Virus record (IMG/VR): IMGVR_UViG_3300044959_000237
Location: 1-64,000 of that record
DNA: 64,000 nt
Source: a virus
Direction: 5' to 3' (one strand)
The notes below the pieces were generated by a model. It was given only the letters and a program-made list of their open reading frames with translations, searched no databases and had not been told where the DNA came from. Positions 8,631 through 19,242 of this stretch are shown in pieces. The position numbers were made by a program, and so were the translations under genes. Numbering within the stretch: position 1 is the first letter of the stretch; every line of letters starts with the position of its first letter.

Positions 8631-10631
8631 TCAATTTTTGTACCACTTTATTTCGAATCTCATTTTGGCATTATTTGCATTTGGATTTCTATATCTGATT
8701 TTGGATGGATTCGAACCTATGGCACTCAATTCTATTCCAGTGTTTCCTCCAACTTCGGAATATTCTTCATCGAAAATAACCTGTGTTTCATTTATGATGA
8801 TTTTTGCTGTTCCTACTCTTTGAATCGAATTTCCGCCTGCGGAAACATTTATGGAATAATTCATGAAAGCAACATTTCCATTCGAATATCTGAATTCTAT
8901 TCCAGTATCCGTAAAAATGTTTTTCGAAGACAACAATATTATTTCCCTTTGTATTCCATCGACTTCATATTGATTGATTATCAAATTTTCTCTTCGATTT
9001 GTTGCGAATATTCTGCTATTTGTCGGATTTCCAATTTCAATGGTTGTTGCCAGTTTTTCTTCTTCGAAACCACGTTCGAAGCTATCTCCTATACTTACAT
9101 TTTTGATCGAATTGGAAAAGTTTATTGCAGGAGATATTGGAAACGAAGGAAAAGATGAAATTTCCGGATCGTAATATTCTTTTCCTTTATTTGTATTGTT
9201 GTATCCTACATTTTCGAAACGGTTGAAGTTACTTATGATAAATGAAGAATTATGGAGCTGTGCATTGACAGAATTTGCAGAGAAGCTTGTTTTTGTGGCA
9301 AAGTTTGCTTCTCCTTCTCTTTTTATATTTCTGAATATGTTTTTGATCGAAACAACATTCTGTGGTCCTCGAAATCCTTTGGTAACCGAACCAAAAGTCG
9401 AACCGGGCGGCACAGGTATGATTTCATTCAATGAAATACCACGGTATAATCTGTTGAATATGTTTTCTTCGAAGAAAATATCGTTGATATCATCTGTCAA
9501 TAAGCAACCATATGTTGTGTTTCCAATTTCACAGTTCGAAATCAGAATGTTTCTCGGTTTGAGATTTTCATCGAAAAATCCAAAACTATCGAATACCAGA
9601 CAAATGGTGTCAGTATTGTAATGATAAAAATTTCCATTTGTTGTCGATTTTGCTTCCGTTCCTATATCTCCAATGTAAGGAACCGACCAATTTCCAATGA
9701 ATCGACAATTTTTCAAAATAATGTTTTTTGCTCCTATGAATCTTATCACATCGTAGTATCTGGCATTTTGCAGATTGACAACGAAACTGATATCTTCGAA
9801 TATGATATATTCTGGAGCAAATTCCGGGTCCATGTTTTGATATGATTTGGAAACATATTCCGGAATATTGTTACTGTCTACGGATTTCAATCTGCCGTCT
9901 ACTGTGAAAGCCAAACAATTGAACTGTGGCAGATTGGTAATCGAACTTGTCAAAGCAATGAAAGTATTACCTTTTCCCTCTCCGATCCAATGAGAATAAG
10001 GAGGAATTGGCAAACTGTCATTTATATGATAAATTCCGGCTGGAAAATGCAATTTTTTAGGGTGAAATCCATATTTTCTGCTTTTGTCCGTATTGGTATT
10101 GTATACATCGAGTATTGCTCTTCTCAATGCTGCTGTTTCTGCATTCATTTTTGCATTTGTCGGCGTTTTACTCCAATCGTAATTTGCAGATAACATCAAA
10201 CTTTCGAATATTCCATCGCCAGAAGCACCATAATCTTTTACACTTACATATTCGTCGAGTTTTTCCTGAAGTTTTCTGACAATTGTTATGTTTTTTGCCG
10301 AAATTCCGGTATTGTATTCCAATGATGGAATTGCACGCGAAGAAACAGGAACAAATTCGGCAGAAAGTTCTTTGAATTCTATATTACGGTCCAGATATTT
10401 GTATCTGAGAAGATTTTTTACGTTATCTGACCATTCTGTCAAAATTTGTGTATTTCCAAATGGAAATTCATTCTTGTTTTTTCTTTCGATAGCCGGCGGA
10501 AAGTTTGGTGTTCCTATAAATACCTCACCGGTATCCAGTGTTAAACCTATTTCGCCTTCTTCCAAAGATTTTGGTAAATCGTTTCTCAAACCGCGACGAT
10601 GTTTTATTTGTGATATTTGAATAATTGGCAT
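8631..10631 (-). CDS. Virion protein with pectate-lyase-3-type beta-helix (tailspike-like)
   Basis: N-terminal IKHRRG...LEEGEIGLTLDTGEVFIG anchoring motif, VSVKDYGASGDG, LHFPAGIYHI and beta-helix repeats. Late motif at 10662-10668. Confidence 0.8.
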   Translation of the reverse strand: MPIIQISQIKHRRGLRNDLPKSLEEGEIGLTLDTGEVFIGTPNFPPAIERKNKNEFPFGNTQILTEWSDNVKNLLRYKYLDRNIEFKELSAEFVPVSSRAIPSLEYNTGISAKNITIVRKLQEKLDEYVSVKDYGASGDGIFESLMLSANYDWSKTPTNAKMNAETAALRRAILDVYNTNTDKSRKYGFHPKKLHFPAGIYHINDSLPIPPYSHWIGEGKGNTFIALTSSITNLPQFNCLAFTVDGRLKSVDSNNIPEYVSKSYQNMDPEFAPEYIIFEDISFVVNLQNARYYDVIRFIGAKNIILKNCRFIGNWSVPYIGDIGTEAKSTTNGNFYHYNTDTICLVFDSFGFFDENLKPRNILISNCEIGNTTYGCLLTDDINDIFFEENIFNRLYRGISLNEIIPVPPGSTFGSVTKGFRGPQNVVSIKNIFRNIKREGEANFATKTSFSANSVNAQLHNSSFIISNFNRFENVGYNNTNKGKEYYDPEISSFPSFPISPAINFSNSIKNVSIGDSFERGFEEEKLATTIEIGNPTNSRIFATNRRENLIINQYEVDGIQREIILLSSKNIFTDTGIEFRYSNGNVAFMNYSINVSAGGNSIQRVGTAKIIINETQVIFDEEYSEVGGNTGIELSAIGSNPSKIRYRNPNANNAKMRFEIKWYKN

Positions 10632-10750
10632 TTGTTTTTCTAACTTTGAATTTTCTTCGTATATTTATTATTTTTTTTCAGTTTATTATTGATAAGATAA
10701 ATGTTTATGTATTATATTTCATCAAGTAGCAATTATACAAGGTAATTGAA

Positions 10751-11632
10751 ATGAGTAGAAAAATAGCAATAGTATCAACAAATTCTCTGGATAATTTTAT
10801 CAAAACAAAAGGCATCATGATCAGCACTTTTTTGAATTGTTGGCCAGAGAAATGCAATTTTTACGATGAATGCAATTTGTTTTTTTACTGTGAAAATTTC
10901 GATTTGAAAAAAATTCCGGAAAGAGTGAAAACTTTCGACATATACGAAAGAATTCCCGATTTACTGAATTTCAAGAAAAGAAATTCCAATATAGATTATC
11001 TGAATGGTTATAGAGAAAAAGAAAAATACAATATTTTGTATGATTTTGTAAAGTTTTCTCATAAAAGTTATGTCATGGTTGATGCATTGTTGAATTTCGA
11101 AGATTACGATATAATAATATGGTTGGATTGTGATATCTTGACTCATACCAAAGTCAATGACATATTGTTCGAATATATATATGATGAAAATTCATATGTT
11201 TCCTATTTGGGAAGAGACTTTTTCGGTTTTCGAAAACTTTACACGGAAACCGGATTTCTTCTCTTCAATAGAAGAAATTCATTTGCATTGGAACATGCTC
11301 GAAGAGTCAAGAATATATACGATAATGATTTGTACGAAGAAGTTTTTCAGTACACTTCGAAAAATTATCAACATGGAGGTTATACTGATTGTCATGTTTT
11401 CGATTATGTGAAGGATCGACTTGTAAATGAAGGTGCAAAAACTTTGAATATTAGCAAAATTTTCAATATACCTTCTTCTCATCCGTTTATAAATTCAATT
11501 CTGGGCTGGTATTTCGATCATTTCAAAGGAGACAGAAAAGAAAAACTGTCATCTTCGAAAGAAGACATAAGATGGAAACAATTGCTGAATCATCCTTACT
11601 GGCGAGAAAAATACGAAAACCATGAAATATGA
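10751..11632 (+). CDS. Glycosyltransferase-like protein (GT-A fold)
   Basis: Motifs KFSHK, IIWLDCD (DxD), ETGF, DCHVFD and DHFKG. Confidence 0.7.
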   Translation: MSRKIAIVSTNSLDNFIKTKGIMISTFLNCWPEKCNFYDECNLFFYCENFDLKKIPERVKTFDIYERIPDLLNFKKRNSNIDYLNGYREKEKYNILYDFVKFSHKSYVMVDALLNFEDYDIIIWLDCDILTHTKVNDILFEYIYDENSYVSYLGRDFFGFRKLYTETGFLLFNRRNSFALEHARRVKNIYDNDLYEEVFQYTSKNYQHGGYTDCHVFDYVKDRLVNEGAKTLNISKIFNIPSSHPFINSILGWYFDHFKGDRKEKLSSSKEDIRWKQLLNHPYWREKYENHEI

Positions 11633-12326
11633 ACCGATATTGAGAAAATTGTTACCAGAATACAAAAGAATCACGATCGACAACAAAAGAATGTATTACG
11701 ATTCTGTCAATAACATTTATGTTCCGTCGGTCACTACAATTTTAAGTGAAACAAAAAATGAAAAAGACAAACAGATTCTGGAAAACTGGAAAAGAAAAGT
11801 AGGCGAGGAAGAATCGGAAAAAATTATAAAAAATTCTACAGATCTCGGAACTTTGATGCATTCTTTTCTGGAAGATTACATCAAAGGAAAAAACATTCAT
11901 GAAGGCATAAAAAGAAAAAATTTGATATATCAAAATGCGTATAGAATTGCTTTGAAAATAATCGAAAATGAAATCGAAAACTGGGATGTTGTACTTGCTT
12001 CCGAATTGGAATTGTGTTGTCCAAATTTGTATGGTGGTACAGTCGATCTGATTTTCATTCAAAACAACAGTTTGTTCGTTGGTGATTTCAAAACTGCGAG
12101 AAAAATGAAAGAAGAAAGTCAAATAAAAGATTATCAGTTACAACTGTCGGCTTATGCTTTGGCTATAAATGAACATAAGATAGAAGATCTTCATATCGAA
12201 AATGGAAAAATAATCATGGTCGATCATGAAGGCAATTTGAAAATATGGAAATATGGTAAAGAAGATATGAAAAGATTCGAAAAAGAATGGTTGACAAGAT
12301 TGAACAAATATTTTTTTCGGAAATGA
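11622..12326 (+). CDS. PD-(D/E)xK exonuclease (phage Cas4/RecB-like)
   Basis: Motifs PSVTTIL, GT-x-MH, GTVDL, DFKT and QLSAY. Confidence 0.88.
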   Translation: MKYEPILRKLLPEYKRITIDNKRMYYDSVNNIYVPSVTTILSETKNEKDKQILENWKRKVGEEESEKIIKNSTDLGTLMHSFLEDYIKGKNIHEGIKRKNLIYQNAYRIALKIIENEIENWDVVLASELELCCPNLYGGTVDLIFIQNNSLFVGDFKTARKMKEESQIKDYQLQLSAYALAINEHKIEDLHIENGKIIMVDHEGNLKIWKYGKEDMKRFEKEWLTRLNKYFFRK

Positions 12327-12353
12327 TTGTCGAAAGGGAAAATTTCGATAATG

Positions 12354-12686
12354 TTATTTCCTGCTTTTTGTTTTGTTTTTATTACTTTTTTTGCTTTTAC
12401 ATTCTGGATCATCACCAAAAAGTTTCCAAGCTGTAGCATAGAGAATTGGTTGCCATCTTTTTCCATATCTTTTTTTGAAATCTTTTTTTGAATTTTTTAT
12501 GAATCTTTCTGCTTTTGGACAGGGAGGAGAAGATTCCATTATATCATTGATCAGTTCGTTTGGAGTTTTTCCGTAAAATAAACAGGTTTCGAGCAAAGCT
12601 TCTTCCATTGGCATTTGCTTCGATTTTCTGGCATAAAAAATCAAAGCATCTTCTTTGTTTTCTTTGAAAAGTTCTTCCAGAAGCAT
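12354..12686 (-). CDS. Hypothetical, probable internal head protein
   Basis: MLLEELF N-terminus and KKRYG-x-RW-x2-ILYATAWK motif. Confidence 0.7.
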   Translation of the reverse strand: MLLEELFKENKEDALIFYARKSKQMPMEEALLETCLFYGKTPNELINDIMESSPPCPKAERFIKNSKKDFKKRYGKRWQPILYATAWKLFGDDPECKSKKSNKNKTKSRK

Positions 12687-12690
12687 TTTT

Positions 12691-13761
12691 CTACCTGTTT
12701 ATTGCCTTGAGTATTTCCTTCAATATTTTCTTTATATTATTGTTGGTTATACTGAAACCATAATTATTGAATATGTCCGTCCTGTATTTATTTATCAAAT
12801 TCAGGCATTTGACAACAATATCTTTTTTTGTGAGAGATTTTCTTTCTTCTTGGCTTATGTTTTTCAGAATGAATGCAGCTATTTTTCTGATTTCGAAATT
12901 TATGAAATCTCTTGCATATTCCATATCGATTTCATATGGTTTTTCAAAGTGATTTTCCAGTTTTTTTTCAATTTTTGCTTCCAATTCTTTTGTTTTTTTC
13001 ATGTTTTTTCCAGTTATATTGCTGTATTTCCCCAGATTGTAATTCTGTTGAATATCTTCGAGGTTTGCAAATCGATCTGAAGAAAATTTCGAATTTTTCG
13101 AATATAAATGTTCCGTATTCAAAGAAAAAACATCATTGTCAGTTTTGATTTGACTTTTCATATTGTTCGAATATTTTGTAAATTCGAATTCATCGAAATC
13201 CAGACTTATGTTATGTAATGTATCGATATTTCCAGAAATGAAATATTTTGGTCTGTAGATATTATCCATACATTTATAGAAGTCGTAAATAAAGTTTCCA
13301 TGAGCTACATTGTGATAAGATTCATCGACAATTTGACTGTCTTTCAAAAACTCGTAATCTTCTTTGCATGAAATGACCGGTTTTTTGTAATTTTTGGCAT
13401 TGTTGAAAACTGTTTCGAAAATGTTCACAGAAAATTGTTCCATACCACAAAAAGTAAGGTTTGCATTCGGAAAATAATTGATGAAAGTTGTGAAAGCTTC
13501 TCTCGGAGTTTTTTTACCAAAAAACAGACATTCGAGATCAAGTTTTCTTTCCGAATTTGTGACATGAACCACGTAAAAATATTTGTAATTTTTCAAATCA
13601 TCATTCTCTTCTTTTGCAAAAATTCTCCAAAAAGGAACTTGATCACTGTAGTAGTAATTGTCGAAAAGATATTGTTTGTGTAATTCACCGTCATATGAAT
13701 CGGTAAAATAATAATAAGTGCCAGAAGGTCTTTTGATATTGAAAAAACTACTCAGATACAT
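12691..13761 (-). CDS. Hypothetical protein
   Basis: 356-aa ORF in the minus-strand operon. Confidence 0.7.
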   Translation of the reverse strand: MYLSSFFNIKRPSGTYYYFTDSYDGELHKQYLFDNYYYSDQVPFWRIFAKEENDDLKNYKYFYVVHVTNSERKLDLECLFFGKKTPREAFTTFINYFPNANLTFCGMEQFSVNIFETVFNNAKNYKKPVISCKEDYEFLKDSQIVDESYHNVAHGNFIYDFYKCMDNIYRPKYFISGNIDTLHNISLDFDEFEFTKYSNNMKSQIKTDNDVFSLNTEHLYSKNSKFSSDRFANLEDIQQNYNLGKYSNITGKNMKKTKELEAKIEKKLENHFEKPYEIDMEYARDFINFEIRKIAAFILKNISQEERKSLTKKDIVVKCLNLINKYRTDIFNNYGFSITNNNIKKILKEILKAINR

Positions 13762-13785
13762 TTTATTCGATTTCTTGTTTTTTGA

Positions 13786-14415
13786 TCAATTCATTTTTGC
13801 TCTGTAACTTGTTCCTCCAACATAATCCCAAATACCTGTAGTTCCGAGATATTTTTTGAAATCTTCTGCTTTGAGATTGAAATCCCTTGAAATATCATTG
13901 GCCAACGTAATTTTGTTCTGTTTGGGATTCCAATCCAAAGCTTCGATCCATGCTTCTGCTGCTTCTCTCATTTTTTCCAATGTTTTTTTATCAAATCCCA
14001 AATCAGTAGATTCCAGTTTTTCTGTCGATTGTGCAGTTGATGTTTTTGGCAATATGTTACTGATTTTACTTTCTTCTTCTGCTCTCTTTTGTATTTTTTC
14101 AATTCTCGATGCAAGTTTGTTGTTTTCCATTATTATATTGTCAATTATTCGAGGTGAAACTTCGAAAGCCAAGGACATTTTCCACAAAAGTTTTTCATAC
14201 AATTTATTTGTAGCATTTTTACCAAATTTTTTCTCTACTTTGTCGAACAAATTTTCTGCTATCAATTTGACTTTTACATCATCTACTTCATTCATATTTT
14301 TCTTGAATTTGTTTTTACGCAATCCTGCTGCTTTTTTGAGAACTTCGAGATTTTCTGTTTTTGAAATATTTTCCAATTTTTCAAGTAAAATTTTCATTTC
14401 TTCCGAATTTTTCAT
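13786..14415 (-). CDS. Hypothetical protein (late gene)
   Basis: 209 aa; ATAAATA at 14448-14442 and AAGGA RBS. Confidence 0.72.
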   Translation of the reverse strand: MKNSEEMKILLEKLENISKTENLEVLKKAAGLRKNKFKKNMNEVDDVKVKLIAENLFDKVEKKFGKNATNKLYEKLLWKMSLAFEVSPRIIDNIIMENNKLASRIEKIQKRAEEESKISNILPKTSTAQSTEKLESTDLGFDKKTLEKMREAAEAWIEALDWNPKQNKITLANDISRDFNLKAEDFKKYLGTTGIWDYVGGTSYRAKMN

Positions 14416-14461
14416 TTTCTTGTTCCTTTTTTGTTCATAATTATTTATTTTTTATCATTTG

Positions 14462-14791
14462 TTACCAATTGATTATCCAAACAAAGGTGTTCAATGTACT
14501 GCTATTTTGCCTGACAACAATATCATATCCTTTTTTTGTAAAATATAAAATAACCTGATTTATTTGCTCTTTTTTGACTGCATCATCGATATCGCCGGTC
14601 CATGCACTATAATAATCTCGGGCTATTTGAGTATTTGGTGTCGTCATCAATGTATCGTTTACTGTCACGGACAATTTATGTTGTTCCATCGAAGATAGAA
14701 TTTTCTGTTCAATGGAAAAAATTTCCCGATTCAAGGTTTTCAGATCTATCGAAAATGTTCTCATATCGTTCGACGAAGGCAAAATGCTCAT
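14462..14791 (-). CDS. Hypothetical virion protein
   Basis: 109-aa ORF ending YFTKKGYDIV...W-x-INW. Confidence 0.7.
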   Translation of the reverse strand: MSILPSSNDMRTFSIDLKTLNREIFSIEQKILSSMEQHKLSVTVNDTLMTTPNTQIARDYYSAWTGDIDDAVKKEQINQVILYFTKKGYDIVVRQNSSTLNTFVWIINW

Positions 14792-14804
14792 TTTCTGAAC
14801 CTTT

Positions 14805-15155
14805 TTAAATATCGAATTTACTCTTCAATCCTTTTTTCAACAATTTTTGAAATTCTTTTTCAGACATGTCGATTTCTGGCAAATTCGTACTCGAATTTCT
14901 TGTTCCCGTATCGTTTTTCATAAAAACGTTGTCATTGAAAACACCCAGTACAAAATTTTTTTGTTTGCTTATCAATTCTCTTACATCGTTTTTATCTTCC
15001 TCGTCGACCAAATTCGGAAATATGTTTTTCAAATAATTGAAGATGAAAGAAAAAGGTATTTTTTCCACATTGTTTTCTTTGAGAATCAAAAGTATATCAC
15101 GAATGTGTATTTCCAATTCTTTTTCTGTTCTCGAAAGTAATTCAAATATTTTCAT
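14805..15155 (-). CDS. Hypothetical protein
   Basis: 116 aa with MKIFELL N-terminus. Confidence 0.65.
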   Translation of the reverse strand: MKIFELLSRTEKELEIHIRDILLILKENNVEKIPFSFIFNYLKNIFPNLVDEEDKNDVRELISKQKNFVLGVFNDNVFMKNDTGTRNSSTNLPEIDMSEKEFQKLLKKGLKSKFDI

Positions 15156-15227
15156 TTATTGTTTCTTTTTATTTTTTGTCTTTCATTTTTGTTACAAAAC
15201 ATTTTTTGTTAATTGTTTTTCCATATT

Positions 15228-16562
15228 TTACAAAGTTTTAACTTTGTAATATTTAGCATTTACAAGATATGGTTTACTGGAAAATGAAACCCACAATTCT
15301 TTGTAATCCGGAGAAACCAATGCTCCTGATATATCATCATATTCTGAAGCAGGAACATCAAAATGTTGCAATATTGATTCGAGATCTTCTTTGTTGCCAT
15401 ACAAAAGAATCCAATCAGCATCACCAATTTCACCGGCTTCTTTTTCTTCATCGAAATCAATAACTGCTCGATTTTCATTCATTAGCTTTTTACCAAGTTT
15501 TCTTTTTGGACCTCTATGTGAGTGATCTACACGATATTTTCCAGCACTTGAGCTTTTTGTTTCATCATAAGATTCTTCTATTCCGCAAACTTTCTTTGCC
15601 GAACCCCATTTTTCATGTCCACCATAATATTTTGCACGAATTGCAAAAGCCAGTTCACGAATTGTTTCCAGATCTTTTTCTGTTTTGTTTTTCTTTTCTC
15701 TGAGTTCTTTCCACTTTCTGCAAAGTTCTTCGACAGAATAGGGTGTCCATTTTCCTTTTTCACCTTTTTCCACTTCGAAATCGACACCCCATTTTTCACG
15801 AACTGGTTTTTTACCAGGTTCTTTTTTTGGTCCTCTGTGCGAATGATCTACATAGTCATATTTTCCTGCAGCAAGGCTTTTGGTTTCATCACGTTTCTTT
15901 TCCATGCTACAAACTTTCTTTGCCGAACCCCATTTTTCATGTCCACCATAATATTTTGCACGAATTGCAAAAGCCAGTTCACGAATTGTTTCCAGATCTT
16001 TTTCTGTTTTGTTTTTCTTTTCTCTGAGTTCTTTCCACTTTCTGCAAAGTTCTTCGACAGAATAGGGTGTCCATTTTCCTTTTTCACCTTTTTCCACTTC
16101 GAAATCGACACCCCATTTTTCACTTAATTTTTTCTGCATTTCAATATCTCCTTTATTTTCTGAATTTTTATTTGCATTACTTATTTTTTTTATGAAATTT
16201 TCGTCGTCGATTTTGTTTTCATTTTTGAAATCTATATCGAATTTGGTACTTTCGCCTGAAACCAGTTTTTCCAGTTCCAAATTTACATAGGAAAATTTCT
16301 GTTTCAAATCTTCCAAATTATTCAAGGTTGAATTCAATGTTTCATCGATTGCCGTCATATATTTTTCTGCTATGTTTACTCCGAAAATTTTTCTTATTCT
16401 GTCTACCAATGTATAAAATTTTTTTATTTTCCAATCATTCAGATCTTCGAGAATTTCTTGTAACAAATTGTTGACACCTTCAGCGGCTATAAGTATTTCT
16501 GCCTCTTCTATGTTCTTTTCTTCATTTATTGTTCTTATTTTTTTTCTCGTTTTGTTTATCAT
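15228..16562 (-). CDS. Probable prohead core/internal protein with a 108-aa tandem duplication
   Basis: Helical N-terminus (EAEILIAA...LVDRIRK) and two copies of EKWGVDFEV...SHRGPK. Confidence 0.7.
   Translation of the reverse strand: MINKTRKKIRTINEEKNIEEAEILIAAEGVNNLLQEILEDLNDWKIKKFYTLVDRIRKIFGVNIAEKYMTAIDETLNSTLNNLEDLKQKFSYVNLELEKLVSGESTKFDIDFKNENKIDDENFIKKISNANKNSENKGDIEMQKKLSEKWGVDFEVEKGEKGKWTPYSVEELCRKWKELREKKNKTEKDLETIRELAFAIRAKYYGGHEKWGSAKKVCSMEKKRDETKSLAAGKYDYVDHSHRGPKKEPGKKPVREKWGVDFEVEKGEKGKWTPYSVEELCRKWKELREKKNKTEKDLETIRELAFAIRAKYYGGHEKWGSAKKVCGIEESYDETKSSSAGKYRVDHSHRGPKRKLGKKLMNENRAVIDFDEEKEAGEIGDADWILLYGNKEDLESILQHFDVPASEYDDISGALVSPDYKELWVSFSSKPYLVNAKYYKVKTL
15586..16123. repeat. 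Direct repeat with 324-bp period (identical core 15586-15799 = 15910-16123)
   Basis: Identical core by inspection, with diverged extensions at ~15486-15570 and ~15807-15892. Confidence 0.92.
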
Positions 16563-16833
16563 TTTGTATTTTCCTTAAAATACTTTTTAAATTTATTTTT
16601 GTTCTTCCCGGTTTTATTTCTTTCAATATTTGTCTGGTTATTTTTTCCAATAATAGATATTTCATGTAATTGTTGTTTTTATGATAAGAATTGAAAACAT
16701 CTTCCAAAAGAATATTTTTTCTTTCATTTTTGCAAATTTTCAATATCTCGTTGATTGAAAAATTGTCAAAAAAATAATTCAGATTTTTTTCTCCGAATTT
16801 TTCTCTGAAAATATTTATTAATTTGTCTAACAT
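16522..16833 (-). CDS. Hypothetical protein (late gene)
   Basis: 103 aa; tandem ATAAATA at 16889-16879 upstream. Confidence 0.6.
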   Translation of the reverse strand: MLDKLINIFREKFGEKNLNYFFDNFSINEILKICKNERKNILLEDVFNSYHKNNNYMKYLLLEKITRQILKEIKPGRTKINLKSILRKIQNDKQNEKKNKNNK

Positions 16834-16927
16834 TTTTCTTTCTCGAAAGTAAAAATGAAAAAGTAAAAGTTTTTTATATATTTATTTATCGAAAATATTT
16901 TTCGAAAGATTGGAACAGTCTAAGATT

Positions 16928-17392
16928 TCAGATATGATATTGATCGTTTTTGATTTGATGTAGCAGTAGCTTGAGTTCGAACTGAATATTTTCCAGTTTT
17001 ATCAGTTGCACTTCTTTTCTGAAATCATCGTCAATTCTTTTTATGAAATTTTTGATGAAAATTGCCTTGTTTCTTTTATTTTCGAACAATTTGTCCAGTT
17101 GTATGAGATTTTGTATTTTTTTGTGATGTTTTTTGTAACCTTTGCTCAGTAAATTTGCGATTTTTTCGGCTACATCGAACAGAAAAATATTATCGAATAC
17201 AATTTTGTTGTCAATATCGACTATTTTGTACATGAAACAATCATCGTTTTCCAATTTTATCGGAACAATTGTAAAAGTAAATTTTTTTTCATTCAATTTG
17301 TTTCTCACTACAATGGGTATATTCGAATTTCTCAGAAATTTTTCAAAAAATTCCTCGAAATTTGATAAATCGTATAAAGTCTGTTTTTTCAT
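16928..17392 (-). CDS. Hypothetical protein
   Basis: ATG 17392 with GAGGGG RBS. Confidence 0.7.
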   Translation of the reverse strand: MKKQTLYDLSNFEEFFEKFLRNSNIPIVVRNKLNEKKFTFTIVPIKLENDDCFMYKIVDIDNKIVFDNIFLFDVAEKIANLLSKGYKKHHKKIQNLIQLDKLFENKRNKAIFIKNFIKRIDDDFRKEVQLIKLENIQFELKLLLHQIKNDQYHI

Positions 17393-17586
17393 ATATCCCC
17401 TCTTCGAAAATAAAAACATTTGGAAAATTTTTTGGATCTTTTAGAATAGTTATTATATCGAATCGTTCAGAACGATCAATATTCGAATTTTTTGAAAATT
17501 TCCAATTCTCGAATTTTTTCAATTCTCTTGATTCGAATGATTTGCGAATTTTTCGAATAAATATTCGAAAAAAGGAAAAAAATTCA

Positions 17587-18921
17587 ATGTTGATAAGAGA
17601 AATTCTTTTGGAAAAATTTCCAACTCTCGATCTGAATGAAATAATTGAAAAATTACAAGATGATGATTCGAAATTATATTCCATTCATTTTTCCAATGTG
17701 AAAAAATTGGGAATAGATCCTCTTGTGATGAATTATGTCAATACACCTGTTGGTATATATGGATATCCATTAAAATATACAAAAAACAGATACAAAAATT
17801 TGCTGGAATATCCTTATGCCAATGACAGAAATTACATAATATTTTTTTCCATTCGAAATTCTGCGAAAGTTCTGGAGCTTGACAACAAAATTCCGTTCGA
17901 ATATTTCGAAAAACTCGTAAAATATTATGAAAAAGAAATAAAAGAAAAAATCGACGAAGATGAATTGAATGATAAAAAAGTAAAAAAAGAATTGGAAGAA
18001 ATTGAATTTGTAATCGAAAAAAATATCAATAAAAAACATATAGAAAATTCCTATTTTATAAGATTGATAAATTCTATTTTGAATTTGAAAAAAGAATTTT
18101 TGAATCCTGCATTCAGAACATTTATTTTGAGAAAAATTTTGGGAATTGATGTTCTGATCGATTCCGGATACAGTATGATACACCAAAACGAACCTGTTCA
18201 ATTGGTTGTATTGAATCCCAAAGTTATAGAAAACGTAGAAATTTTCAAAAATCCATTCAAAGAAACCATCGATAAATTGAAAAAAGAAAATAAATCTATT
18301 CCTATTACTGTACCTTCGAAAAAAGATTTTTTAGAAGACGCTCATTATGCATTTTTGAGTTTTTTGAGTTCAAAAGATTTGGAAAAAAAGAGAAGATATT
18401 TTCATAAATTCATCAATGATCTTTTGAAAGGATTTTCTTTGTGGAAAAAAATATTTGATTATGAACAAGTTGTGGAAAAATTTTTCCATTACGTCAAGAA
18501 ATACGATAATGTATTTGATTTCTACAAAGAATTACTTACCAAAAAATCCGAATTTTACGAAATCGTGAAAGAATTCGTTGAAGTGAAATATCTCAAAAAA
18601 GATTCGAGATATATAAGTTATCGCTTGGATATGAAAAATGAAGAAGTTGACAGAAAATATGCAGAGTTTCTCGACTTTTTGAGAAAAAACAAAAAACTGA
18701 ATGAATTTTTCAACAAAGAAAGTCTGAAATATTTTCCAGAGGAACTTGTCGACAATGAAAATTTTCGAAAAGTTTTTGTCGAAAATATCAAAAGCAGATC
18801 GAAATTTTTCGAAATACTTTCGAAGCAATATCCTGAAACATTTTTCGAGATTTTGACAATATTGAAAGATGAAATTATTCGAGTTTCGAAAGAAAAAACT
18901 GTTCACAAACAAGCTTTTTGA
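17587..18921 (+). CDS. Hypothetical late protein, possible ADP-ribosyltransferase-like N-terminal domain
   Basis: Start revised to ATG 17587 (MLIREILLE) after ATAAATA at 17557-17563. IHFS...GIYGYP...NEPVQLVVLNP resembles an H-Y-E ART pattern (inference). Confidence 0.65.
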   Translation: MLIREILLEKFPTLDLNEIIEKLQDDDSKLYSIHFSNVKKLGIDPLVMNYVNTPVGIYGYPLKYTKNRYKNLLEYPYANDRNYIIFFSIRNSAKVLELDNKIPFEYFEKLVKYYEKEIKEKIDEDELNDKKVKKELEEIEFVIEKNINKKHIENSYFIRLINSILNLKKEFLNPAFRTFILRKILGIDVLIDSGYSMIHQNEPVQLVVLNPKVIENVEIFKNPFKETIDKLKKENKSIPITVPSKKDFLEDAHYAFLSFLSSKDLEKKRRYFHKFINDLLKGFSLWKKIFDYEQVVEKFFHYVKKYDNVFDFYKELLTKKSEFYEIVKEFVEVKYLKKDSRYISYRLDMKNEEVDRKYAEFLDFLRKNKKLNEFFNKESLKYFPEELVDNENFRKVFVENIKSRSKFFEILSKQYPETFFEILTILKDEIIRVSKEKTVHKQAF

Positions 18922-19242
18922 AGCTTTTTGTAATTTGTATGGAAATTATTCGAAAAAAAGCTCGAATTACATTTACGATTTCTTGTTTGAACTATTTTTT
19001 ACATCAGAAAAAATACCAAGAAATTGATTATCGAAATTGTACAAAATATTCTCGATGAAAATATCGTTCAGAATTGTGATTTCAATAAAATTGAAAAATT
19101 GGTCTGTTCGATTGTGAAATTGAAAAATTACGATAATTTTTCGAAAGTCTTTTCCACTGAGGAAAACAGGTTGAAATTCGAGAAGAATTTCAGTTTCAAA
19201 TGGAAAGATTTTCAGAAAATCATGAAAAATATTCATGTCTGA

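Noticed and set aside
15486-16123. Diversity-generating retroelement TR/VR pair
   Set aside because: The repeat is tandem and in-frame, the differences are not adenine-specific, and there is no reverse transcriptase in the window.
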